A stretch of DNA of 64,000 bases from contig JAFWIH010000018.1 in assembly GCA_017533795.1 (NCBI GenBank), forward strand, positions 9,105 through 73,104, written 5' to 3'. Of this stretch, positions 47,331 to 56,653 are shown one piece after another. A program made the position numbers and the translations under genes. Origin of the DNA: Clostridia bacterium. GTDB lineage: Bacteria; Bacillota; Clostridia; TANB77; CAG-508. The notes beneath the pieces are model-generated. The model did no database searches. It had not been told where the DNA came from and worked only from the letters and a program-made list of their open reading frames with translations. The stretch's first letter is position 1. Each line of letters opens with the position of its first letter.

Positions 47331-48593
47331 ATGAAATCAAATTTTTTATTTATATGGGCTGATAGTGGCTTATCAACAAAATCAAATCATGTAAATGCAC
47401 CATATCATTTTATACACTTAGGTGAAGTAGTTGATTATATAACAAAAAAATTGAAACAAAAGATAGATATTTTAGACATAGAAGCAGAGCAAACCGAATT
47501 TCAAGATATAATAACAAAAATAATTCAAAATCAATATGAAGCTATTGCTTTTTATACAAATACAGAAAACTTACAAAACACAATAAAGCTTCAAGAATAT
47601 ATAAAAGAGATTTTACCAAATTGTAAGACTATTGCTTATGGTGAAATGCCAATATATTTACCAAAGTTTTTTAAAAAAACACAGTTTAATGCTATTGTAG
47701 CAAGGGAATGTGACCAAGAAGTAGCAATATATGACTTTTTTATGTATAGTATAGATCAAAAAAAAGAAGAAGATATGAGAGGAGTTCTTTTAATAAAAGA
47801 CAAACAACTTGTACAATGTAAAAAAGGAGAACTAATTGAAGCAAATGAATGGGGATTTACAAATATATCAGACGTTCCTGTTGAAGAATACTTTAAGATG
47901 GAAAAAAAGAAACAGGTAGTATTAACAATTGCAAGAGGATGCCCATTTAATTGTCCATATTGTAATGCAGTTCTATACTATGGAAAAAAAGAGAGAAGAA
48001 GACCTGTAGAAGATATTATAAAATACATAAATAGTTCTGACTATAAATATTATAAATTTTTTGCTCCAGATTTTACTCTAAATGAAGAAAAAGCAGCTGA
48101 ATTGTGTAATGCAATACTGAATAATCCAAAAAGAATTAAATGGTCATGTACTACTAGACCAGATTTATTAGAAAATGAAGACTTAATAAAAGTTATGGCA
48201 AAATCTGGATGCTACAAAATAGCGATAGGCATAGAATCTATTGAAAAACATGACCTAGAAAGTATCAATAAAAGATATAATCAAGAAGTTATTATAAAAG
48301 GTATACAATTACTAAAAAAATATAATATACAATATAAAGCTTTAGTCATGTTTGGAGTACCAAATCAAACAAAAGAAAATATAAAATATACACTAGATTT
48401 TTTAAATAAGTATGATGTCAATATTAGACCAACAGCTTATACACCATTTTATGAGATGAATCATAATATGAACACAGAACAAATAGCAAAATATGACAAA
48501 AGAACTTATTATGAAGGAATACCAAAGCTAAGTTATGCAGATTTTTTAAAACTTATATATGATACAAATAATTACAAAAATATATTAAAATAA
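47331..48593 (+). CDS. radical SAM protein with N-terminal B12-binding-like (Rossmann) domain
   Basis: CPFNCPYC (CxxxCxxC) cluster motif about 225 residues from the N-terminus, after a flavodoxin-like domain. aaaggag RBS. Confidence 0.8.
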   Translation: MKSNFLFIWADSGLSTKSNHVNAPYHFIHLGEVVDYITKKLKQKIDILDIEAEQTEFQDIITKIIQNQYEAIAFYTNTENLQNTIKLQEYIKEILPNCKTIAYGEMPIYLPKFFKKTQFNAIVARECDQEVAIYDFFMYSIDQKKEEDMRGVLLIKDKQLVQCKKGELIEANEWGFTNISDVPVEEYFKMEKKKQVVLTIARGCPFNCPYCNAVLYYGKKERRRPVEDIIKYINSSDYKYYKFFAPDFTLNEEKAAELCNAILNNPKRIKWSCTTRPDLLENEDLIKVMAKSGCYKIAIGIESIEKHDLESINKRYNQEVIIKGIQLLKKYNIQYKALVMFGVPNQTKENIKYTLDFLNKYDVNIRPTAYTPFYEMNHNMNTEQIAKYDKRTYYEGIPKLSYADFLKLIYDTNNYKNILK

Positions 48594-48605
48594 GGACTGA
48601 TAATT

Positions 48606-49571
48606 ATGTATTCCAATCTAGTTGAGCTAATTGATAATACTATACAAAATGAGACTCCGGAAGCTGTGTTATTTTCAGGTGGGGTAGACAGCTCAGCCGT
48701 ATTGTTTCATGCACATAAATATAACCCAAATGTTATGGGAATTACAGTAGGAGTGAAGGGAGAAGAAAGCTCAGATGTTATTTACAGTAGAAATGTTGCT
48801 AAAGAGTTAGGCATAAAAAATCACCATGTTTTTTATGTTGAACCAGAACGTGTTGAAGATTTTGTTGAAACATCTGTTAAAATCTTAAAATCATTCAATC
48901 CAGAATGGATAAGTTCTACGACAACACTTCTTTTAGGTACGATGTATGCAAAAAAGGAAGGACTGCAAAGTATTTCGAGTGGAGAAGGTGCAGATGATTT
49001 ATTTGGAAGTTTTCCTTTTTTTAGAAATTGGAAAGACAGTAATGAATCTTTAGATAGAGCTATTAGAGATAGATTGAATGAAATAATTGTTATGTCAAAT
49101 GTTATTGCGGAAAGTATGAATATGATATATATAGCACCATTTCAAGACGAAAAGGTGAAAAAAGAGGTATTATCAATTCCAATAGAAGAAAGAATGAGAA
49201 AAACTGAGATTGTTCAGACAAAATATCCATTGCGAAAAGCATATGAGGGGATTTTACCCAATATAAGTATAACTAGACCGCAAACTATGGCTTTTACTGG
49301 ATCTGGAATATATGATGTAATAAAAAGTATAGGAAATAATATAAAAGATGACGAATATGAACGAGCTTGTAGGGAGATTTTCAAATTTAGAAATAAATTT
49401 GAGTATGCGTTGTTTAAAAAATATTGTAAATATTATGATTTTGAGCAACTAGAGAATGGCGGATGCATACATTGTGGAAGCGATATGAAAGGAAATAAGA
49501 TAAATTGCAGAGTTTGTGCTACACTGCAAAGAGATGGAAAGGAATTAAAATTTGATGGGGATGAAAGATAA
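48606..49571 (+). CDS. asparagine-synthase-like PP-loop ATP pyrophosphatase lacking a glutaminase domain, with C-terminal zinc ribbon
   Basis: LFSGGVDSSAV PP-loop, SGEGADDLFGSFPFF (AsnB-type). C-terminal CIHCG...CRVC. Confidence 0.7.
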   Translation: MYSNLVELIDNTIQNETPEAVLFSGGVDSSAVLFHAHKYNPNVMGITVGVKGEESSDVIYSRNVAKELGIKNHHVFYVEPERVEDFVETSVKILKSFNPEWISSTTTLLLGTMYAKKEGLQSISSGEGADDLFGSFPFFRNWKDSNESLDRAIRDRLNEIIVMSNVIAESMNMIYIAPFQDEKVKKEVLSIPIEERMRKTEIVQTKYPLRKAYEGILPNISITRPQTMAFTGSGIYDVIKSIGNNIKDDEYERACREIFKFRNKFEYALFKKYCKYYDFEQLENGGCIHCGSDMKGNKINCRVCATLQRDGKELKFDGDER

Positions 49572-50127
49572 AAAGAAATCTTATATCCAAGGAGCAGAGA
49601 GTATTGTTATACATAATAACAATGTATTGTTGGGAATGCAAAAACAAAAAAGATGGTATACACTACAAAATGAGGAACAAGCAGCTATAATAAAAACAAT
49701 AGGTGGAAAAGTAGAAGATGTTGATGAAAAAAACACCAAGAAAACAATAATAAGAGAATTTTTTGAAGAAGTTAAAGGTATAGAGAAAAAGAATCTAATA
49801 ATAAATAATAATCCTGTTTTTACAAAAAGTATTCAAATGAATCAAATAAACCCATATGAATCTGAAACAAAATTACGCATGAATGCAGATTTTTATGTTT
49901 TAGAAATAATAAATACAAATAGTATATTACCAAATGATTTACCTGCGCTATTAGAAATACCTATAAAAGAATTTATAAAAATACAATTCACACATCAAAT
50001 TACATTACATTCTGTAGAAAAATACTTAATAAGGAATAGTAGGTATAGTATAAAGTTCCCAAAATATTGTGCTTTTATGATACCTGACGAAGTAAAAGAA
50101 TATTTAAAAAATATGACAAATGATTAA
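49552..50127 (+). CDS. Nudix-like hydrolase (degenerate Nudix box)
   Basis: GGKVEDVDEKNTKKTIIREFFEEVKG approximates Gx5Ex7REUxEExGU with a 2-residue insertion. Overlaps the upstream stop. The exact start (TTG 49552, ATG 49555 or 49564) is uncertain. Confidence 0.45.
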   Translation: MMGMKDKKKSYIQGAESIVIHNNNVLLGMQKQKRWYTLQNEEQAAIIKTIGGKVEDVDEKNTKKTIIREFFEEVKGIEKKNLIINNNPVFTKSIQMNQINPYESETKLRMNADFYVLEIINTNSILPNDLPALLEIPIKEFIKIQFTHQITLHSVEKYLIRNSRYSIKFPKYCAFMIPDEVKEYLKNMTND

Positions 50128-50725
50128 GGAGATGTTAAAAATAAAAAGGATTGCTTTCGATTTTGATGGAGTAATAGCAGCTACAGATAAGGAAAAAAGA
50201 AAATGGCTAAAAGAGAAAAATATATTTATAAGTAGTACAGACAAAACTTGCTTTTATAAAGAATTAAGGGATACTTTCGAATATGATGAAATAGATAAAA
50301 TGTATAAAGAGATGTCAAAAAGTATATTTACACAACAAACTATGGATAAGACTGAACCAGTAAAAGGGGCTATAAGTGCAATAAAAAAGCTATCTGAACA
50401 ATATGAAATATACATAATTACTGCCAGACCAAACGAAATGTTAGAATGGGTAAAGAATTGGCTTAATAAATATGAGATAAAAAATAAAGTCGATAAAGTG
50501 ATTTCAGCTTCAAATAAAGACAAACAAGATATATGCCTAAAAAATAATATTTTTTGTTTATGTGATGACGACATTAGACATGTTTGTGAAGATAAGATTA
50601 ATACTAGGATTTTATTTGGTACCAACTCAAAAGAACAGAATTACAGCAATCTTATAGTAACAAATTCATGGAACGAAATAGAAAAAATATTAAATCTCCC
50701 AAAATTTGAATATAAAAGGAAATAA
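50120..50725 (+). CDS. HAD-superfamily 5'(3')-deoxyribonucleotidase-like (NT5C-type) protein
   Basis: IAFDFDGVIA (DxDxV), IYIITARP, CDDD motifs. Overlaps the upstream stop. Similar architecture to 1890..2486. Confidence 0.6.
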   Translation: MIKEMLKIKRIAFDFDGVIAATDKEKRKWLKEKNIFISSTDKTCFYKELRDTFEYDEIDKMYKEMSKSIFTQQTMDKTEPVKGAISAIKKLSEQYEIYIITARPNEMLEWVKNWLNKYEIKNKVDKVISASNKDKQDICLKNNIFCLCDDDIRHVCEDKINTRILFGTNSKEQNYSNLIVTNSWNEIEKILNLPKFEYKRK

Positions 50726-50734
50726 GAAGTGTAT

Positions 50735-50768
50735 AAAAATTGCCCTAATAGGGCAATTTTTATTTTTA
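50735..50768 (+). terminator. intrinsic terminator after the radical SAM operon
   Basis: AAAAATTGCCC-taata-GGGCAATTTTT. Confidence 0.85.
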
Positions 50769-50853
50769 TATTTACTTTTCAGTAAAAACATGATATATTT
50801 AGGGCAGAATAATAACCCAATAAAATAATATTATTCAAAGAGGAGGTTTTATT

Positions 50854-52005
50854 ATGGGATTTATTAAAGCATTTGCAGGAGCAATCGGAGGAACATTTGC
50901 AGATCAATGGAAAGACTTTATTATGCCAATGACAGGTGTACCAGGTACAGCTGCATTATTTCCAGCTGTAGCACAGGGACAAAACGCTGGTCGTGGAGAA
51001 AATACAAAAGGCTCTACTAATATTATTTCTAATGGAAGCAAAATAGTAGTACCAGAAGGAACAGCATTAGTTACATTACAAGAAGGAGCAATTACAGGAA
51101 TGATTGCTGAACCAGGAGGATATACATTTTCATCAGAAGATCCTAATGCACAATCAATATTTGCTGGAGATGGAATTGTTTCATCATTAATTAAACAATC
51201 ATGGGAAAGATTTAAATTTGGAGGACAACCAGGTTCTCAACAGATGGCCATATATGTAAATTTAAAAGAAATTCCTAATAACCGTTTTGGAACACAATCA
51301 GAAATTTATTGGGATGATGCATACTTAGGTGCACAAGTTGGTGCAGTTACAAGAGGTACATACACATTAAAAATAACAGACCCAATTCTATTTATAAAGA
51401 ATTTTGTTCCAGTTGACTATATTACAGGGGGAGAAGTTTTCGACTTTGCCGATATGGACAATGACGCTGCAGCTCAACTATTTAATGAAGTTGTCAGCAG
51501 TTTAGCGGGAGCATTTTCAAATTATACAAACGACCCAAGCAAGGGAAACCGTATTAATAAAATACAAGGAGACCAAGTAGGATTTGCTCAATCTCTTTCA
51601 CAAGCCGTTGAAGATGGCTATCAATGGAAAACTGATAGAGGCCTTGAAATTGTTAAAGTTGCAATTCAAGCAATTGAATATGATGAAGATACAAAACAAT
51701 TATTAAGTGATGTAAAGAAAGCAGATGCCTTAGGTGGAGCACGTGGAAATTCATTTATGCAACAAGCAGCAGCACGTGGATTCCAAGCAGCAGGTGAAAA
51801 TGGAGGAGGAGCAGCAGGCATGGCATTCATGGGAATGGGAATGAACGCAGTAGGAGGTGCTATGGGAGGACTTCAACAACCAACTGGACAACAAACTGCA
51901 CCAGACCCAATGGAAGAACTTGCAAAATACAAAAAAATGCTTGATGAAGGATTAATAACACAAGAGGATTATGATGCAAAAAAGAAACAATTATTGGGGG
52001 TATAA
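50854..52005 (+). CDS. SPFH/virion-core-like domain protein with C-terminal SHOCT motif (YdjI-like)
   Basis: MGFIKAFAGAIGGTFADQWKDF N-terminus is typical of YdjI-like SPFH proteins. Gly/Met/Ala-rich linker. LAKYKKMLDEGLITQEDYDAKKKQLLG is SHOCT-like. Confidence 0.7.
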   Translation: MGFIKAFAGAIGGTFADQWKDFIMPMTGVPGTAALFPAVAQGQNAGRGENTKGSTNIISNGSKIVVPEGTALVTLQEGAITGMIAEPGGYTFSSEDPNAQSIFAGDGIVSSLIKQSWERFKFGGQPGSQQMAIYVNLKEIPNNRFGTQSEIYWDDAYLGAQVGAVTRGTYTLKITDPILFIKNFVPVDYITGGEVFDFADMDNDAAAQLFNEVVSSLAGAFSNYTNDPSKGNRINKIQGDQVGFAQSLSQAVEDGYQWKTDRGLEIVKVAIQAIEYDEDTKQLLSDVKKADALGGARGNSFMQQAAARGFQAAGENGGGAAGMAFMGMGMNAVGGAMGGLQQPTGQQTAPDPMEELAKYKKMLDEGLITQEDYDAKKKQLLGV

Positions 52006-52008
52006 CCT

Positions 52009-53499
52009 ATGGATGAAAATGAAGTAAATGATCTTCAAGACGAAGAACAACCACTTCAAGAAAAAAACGATGAAGTAAAAATAGTGCAAACAGATACTGA
52101 TGCAAAGGATGGACAAACTAAATGTCCTAAATGTGGTGCAACAGATATTTCTTTAAATGCAAAAACTGGAAAATTAAGATGTAATTTTTGTAGACATGAA
52201 TTTGAACCAGAAAAGTTTGATAGTATGGAAACAGATATAAACAATTTACAAGGTGAAGTTTATGGCTCTGGAACGCAAGACATAGCACAGGATGCAGAAG
52301 ATATAATTACTCTAAAATGTAGTAGCTGTGGAGCAGAAGTTGTAATAGATACTAAAAATTCTACACAAGCAAGATGCCATTGGTGTAGAAATACTTTGTC
52401 AATAAACTCACAAATACCAAATGGTGCTGTACCAGATGTAGTTTTACCTTTTAAGCTTACTAAACAGGAAGCTAGAGAGTCTATAGAAAAATTTGTTGGC
52501 AAAAGAAAATTTTTTGCACATCCAAAATTCAGAATGGAATTCACTACAGAAAACATTATGGGAGCATACTTCCCATATATGGTTGTAGACATGAATGCTC
52601 ATGCAGATCTTAAAGGAGAAGGAGAGCATGAAGTAAGGAGATACACAGTTGGAGATGAAGACCATAAAGAAACTTATTATGATGCTGACCTTTATGAAGT
52701 AGAACGTGAATTTGACTTAACATTTGAAGGCTTAACAGTTGAATCTAGTTTAGATAAATTGGATAATAGTAATAAAAACAAGACAAATAACATTATTAAT
52801 TCTATTATGCCATTTGACACAGAAAATTGTGTTAAGTGGGACTCGAACTATTTAAGTGGATATACATCAGAAAAGCGTGATACAAATATAGAACAACTAA
52901 AACCTATTGTAGAAGAACAGGCAAAAGATATAGCAAGATTTGCCGCAAATGATTCACTTGAATTCTATGACCGTGGTGTACGTTGGGACAATGAAAGCCT
53001 AGACATAAAAGGTCAACAATGGAAATCAGCATATCTGCCAGTTTGGTTATATAGCTACTTACAGAAAAAAGGTGATAGAGATATTTTGCACTATGTAGCA
53101 GTTAATGCTAGAACTAAAGAAACAATGGGTAGTGTACCAATCCACATGCCTAAACTTATAGGTGTCTCAGCATTAATTGAAGTATTATGTTTTGTAGCAG
53201 CATTATTCTTAAGTAGTTCTAGTAGTTCAGATTCAGATTCTAACTACTGGTGGTTATTGCTTTTAGGTGGAATAATCTACTATATTGTAATGTATAATAG
53301 ATATCGTAATTCAGGAGCAAGACATGCTCATGAAAGTGAGACTAAAAAGAATGTAACAAACCTTAGAAAAGTAGATAATTTAATTAAAAGAAGAAAAAGA
53401 CTTAGAAACTCTAGCATGGAAGGTGCAAATAACCATTCAGTTAGAGGCGGAAATGCTAAAAAAGGAATGATAGATAATTTGAAAGATATAGCTAAATAA
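52009..53499 (+). CDS. double zinc-ribbon (TFIIB-type) membrane protein (YdjG-like)
   Basis: CPKCG..CNFC and CSSCG..CHWC ribbons, large middle domain, two C-terminal TM helices, basic tail. Confidence 0.6.
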   Translation: MDENEVNDLQDEEQPLQEKNDEVKIVQTDTDAKDGQTKCPKCGATDISLNAKTGKLRCNFCRHEFEPEKFDSMETDINNLQGEVYGSGTQDIAQDAEDIITLKCSSCGAEVVIDTKNSTQARCHWCRNTLSINSQIPNGAVPDVVLPFKLTKQEARESIEKFVGKRKFFAHPKFRMEFTTENIMGAYFPYMVVDMNAHADLKGEGEHEVRRYTVGDEDHKETYYDADLYEVEREFDLTFEGLTVESSLDKLDNSNKNKTNNIINSIMPFDTENCVKWDSNYLSGYTSEKRDTNIEQLKPIVEEQAKDIARFAANDSLEFYDRGVRWDNESLDIKGQQWKSAYLPVWLYSYLQKKGDRDILHYVAVNARTKETMGSVPIHMPKLIGVSALIEVLCFVAALFLSSSSSSDSDSNYWWLLLLGGIIYYIVMYNRYRNSGARHAHESETKKNVTNLRKVDNLIKRRKRLRNSSMEGANNHSVRGGNAKKGMIDNLKDIAK

Positions 53500-53507
53500 A
53501 AATTGAC

Positions 53508-53547
53508 GAAAGAGACGGACCTGCCCCAAGACAGGTTCGTTTCTTTT
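53508..53547. terminator. bidirectional terminator between the zinc-ribbon gene and the HTH gene
   Basis: GAAAGAGACGGACCTG / CAGGTTCGTTTCTTTT with G-T pairs and an 8-nt loop. Confidence 0.7.
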
Positions 53548-53555
53548 AACTAGAT

Positions 53556-54650
53556 TTATTCCTCAACAGAAATAACAAAATTCTCAATTGCATCACGTAA
53601 AACCGGATGCTGTATCATAAAACGAATCTCTGGACTTTTATTCTTTTTTACCATAACCCATTTATCTTCACAAATTGTAAAACTTATATTTTTAAAAGCT
53701 TTATTAAGATGCTTATTTTCTAGTTCAACTATTTTATAGTTATTATTTTTTTCTTTTTCAATAAATTTTTCAAACTCTTCAAAATTTTCCTTTGTATAAA
53801 TTTTCATAAGTGGCAATGCTTGTGATAATAAATCATTTGAAAGACTTTTATAAAAACTAAGCTCATCTTTTTTGCTTGTTAAATAATACTTTGCTTTATT
53901 ATGATATTTACTTAATCCTTCTCCAGCAAGCGCACAAACTTCAGAACAATATAGCGTATGATTAAATATATTTGCTGTAGGGCTTTCAAAATAATAAGGC
54001 GATATTTGACCTGTCATATAAATAGGTATAAAACTCTCTAAACCAAGCATTAATTCATTAAAAGGTCTATCTAAATTATGTATCATATTTAAATGCAAAC
54101 CCTTTTTTAAAGAGCATGCAATGGCAAACATCCACTTCTTACCAAAATCAATATCTTCGGCCATATCTTGCATAGGCATGTCATTATACATGAATATTGG
54201 CTTTTTCGTTTTTGAAAGGACAGTGTGTTTAAAAAAATCTAATTCGCCTTCACGCATTTGTTCAATACCATAATAATTTTTAGACGATTTTATTTGAAAT
54301 GGCATGGTTGGTACTTTTATTTCATCAAATTTTATAGTTTTTATATATTCTTCTAAATTAAACTCATCTAATTTAGACAAAAAGCTATTAACAGAATCAG
54401 AAGATAAAGAATCTTCTTCTTTATAGAAAAACCATTCTTGCAATTCATTATAATATGAATCATCATCTTGTATCTCATCAAAGTCTAAACTAATTAAATC
54501 AGCTACAATTTGTTTGAATTTAATATCTGAGTAGTTATTAATAACATAAGAACATACTGAATCTACAAATTCTCCAATATTTGAAGGCTTCCTCTGGTCA
54601 GAGCATATACGTGATATATAAGATGCATCAAAACCAAGTGACTTAGCCAT
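53556..54650 (-). CDS. HTH-type regulator-like protein, apparently 5'-truncated
   Basis: Begins MAKSLGFDASYISRICSDQRKPS. This looks like helices 2-3 of an XRE-type HTH without helix 1. No SD upstream. The in-frame upstream extension overlaps the opposing ORF. Confidence 0.5.
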   Translation of the reverse strand: MAKSLGFDASYISRICSDQRKPSNIGEFVDSVCSYVINNYSDIKFKQIVADLISLDFDEIQDDDSYYNELQEWFFYKEEDSLSSDSVNSFLSKLDEFNLEEYIKTIKFDEIKVPTMPFQIKSSKNYYGIEQMREGELDFFKHTVLSKTKKPIFMYNDMPMQDMAEDIDFGKKWMFAIACSLKKGLHLNMIHNLDRPFNELMLGLESFIPIYMTGQISPYYFESPTANIFNHTLYCSEVCALAGEGLSKYHNKAKYYLTSKKDELSFYKSLSNDLLSQALPLMKIYTKENFEEFEKFIEKEKNNNYKIVELENKHLNKAFKNISFTICEDKWVMVKKNKSPEIRFMIQHPVLRDAIENFVISVEE

Positions 54651-54657
54651 TTTTGAT

Positions 54658-56583
54658 ATGTTTATATTAAGCAATGTAACATTTAATGATACAATGGGTG
54701 AAGTTATATTAAATAATAATTTCCATACGCAAGAGGGAACAATGTTTTCAGAAACATTACCTAATGCAGGATATACTGATAATAACAAAACAAATAAAAT
54801 TCATGTAGTTACTTCATATGGAGAAAATGCTGCAAGTAAAGTTAATATAAATGGTGAAGAATATGAGTACGATGCAAATGGATATGATGTTGCAGGTTCA
54901 AGTACATATACAATAGTAGTAACAGGTGATTCTAGCGTAGTAACACCTAAAACAGTAATTTGGGCTAACCCAGATTATATTCCGGAAGATGAGGATGATG
55001 CTGAATGGGTAGCAGATTTTACAATAAATCATGGATATGCAAAAGCAATAGCAGTATATGATGATCAAAATCAATTACTAGATCCGAGTGAATATACAAA
55101 TGGAGAAAGTGATGAGTTTGGACTAAAAGATGGCTTGGGATGGGTTGGTATATATCCAGGTTCAAGAGTAATATTTGAATTTGAGCCAGAATACGGATAC
55201 CAATTAACTGATATAAAAATAAATGATGAACAAATTGATAACCCAACAGAAACACCAAACCAATATGAATTTACTATGATAGATGGAAGCGGAAATATTC
55301 ATTTTTCAGCAAACTTTGAGCCAACAGAAAACACACAGATAATTGGCACAGACGCATCTATATCAGATATGAATTATACATTAGAAGATGGAACTTTAGA
55401 TTCAGGTACAGCAGTACTTTCAATAGATAAAGTAACAGAATTAAGTAATGAGCAAAAACAAGGATTTGCAGATGTTGCAGGCTCAGACTATGAAGTTTCA
55501 ACATACTTAGATGTTGATTTAACACAAGTATGGTTTAAAGGAATAAATGCTGAATTTGGTGAAGATGGATATTCAGAAAATGATGTATGGACAAATGAAA
55601 TATATGATTTAGGTGATAAAAAGGCTACTATAACAATAACTTTAGATGAAGGCATTACACCTGATGATGTAGTAATATTGCATGAAATACATGATGACGA
55701 AGGAAACGTTACAGGTTATGAAAAGGTTACAATAATAAATAAACAACAAGATGCAAATGGAATTTGGACAGTAACATTTGAAACATCAAAATTTTCAAAT
55801 TATGCTATAGCAGAAAAGAAAGAAGATACACCTGAAAATTATACAGTTACATTTAACACAGATGGTGGAACAGAAATTGAAGCTCAAGAAGTAGCAAGTG
55901 GTACTACTGCTACAAAACCGGAAGACCCAACAAAAGATGGTTACACATTTGACGGATGGTATGCTGATGATACTTTTGCAGTAGAATTTGATTTTGAATC
56001 AAGTATTACTCAAGATACAACAATCTATGCAAAATGGGAAGAAATATCTAATACTGATACAGATACTGAATTTGAATATGCAATAGTTGAAGGTGAAAAT
56101 CAAACAGTAGAGGCTGAAGAGGGAGAAGACTTAATAGTAAAAGCTAATGGTAGTGTAGATAAATTTGTAAAACTATTAGTTGATGGAGAAGAAGTTGACC
56201 CAGAAAACTATACAATAACTTCTGGAAGTACAATTGCAAGTCTTTCAAGTAGTTTCTTAAATACTTTATCATCTGGAAATCATATATTAACATTTGTGTA
56301 TACAGATGGTCAAGCTCAAACAAACTTTAGAATTGCAAGTACAAATAATCCAACACAAGGAAATACATCAGGAGAAGCAACAGATGGCTCAGCAGGAACT
56401 TCAACAGAAGAAACAACAAGCACTACTGCTAAAAGCTCAGAAGAAACATCATCAACAAAAACATCAAATCCAAAAACAGGAGACAATATTTATAAATATG
56501 TTACAATGTTTTCAATTGCAACAGTTGGGTTAATGCTAACTAAAAAAAATAAAAAAATAATAAGAAATAAAGGAAAACATTAA
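54658..56583 (+). pseudogene. sortase-anchored surface protein (Listeria-Bacteroides repeat, NPKTG sorting signal), 5'-truncated: no signal peptide or RBS
   Basis: YTVTFNTDGGTEIEAQEVASGTTATKPEDPTKDGYTFDGWY repeat. C-terminal NPKTG plus hydrophobic stretch plus KKNKK. The frame is open from 54622 with no plausible secretion signal. Confidence 0.5.
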
Positions 56584-56653
56584 AACATATGATATAATAA
56601 ATGGGCTAGAGAAATTTTTCTAGTCCATTTATTAATAGAAGAGGGTAAATTAA

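Noticed and set aside
56294-56533. 79-aa alternative-frame ORF (Gln/Lys-rich) inside the surface-protein gene.
   Set aside because: It is a same-strand overlapping frame across a Thr/Ser/Glu-rich low-complexity region and has no RBS.
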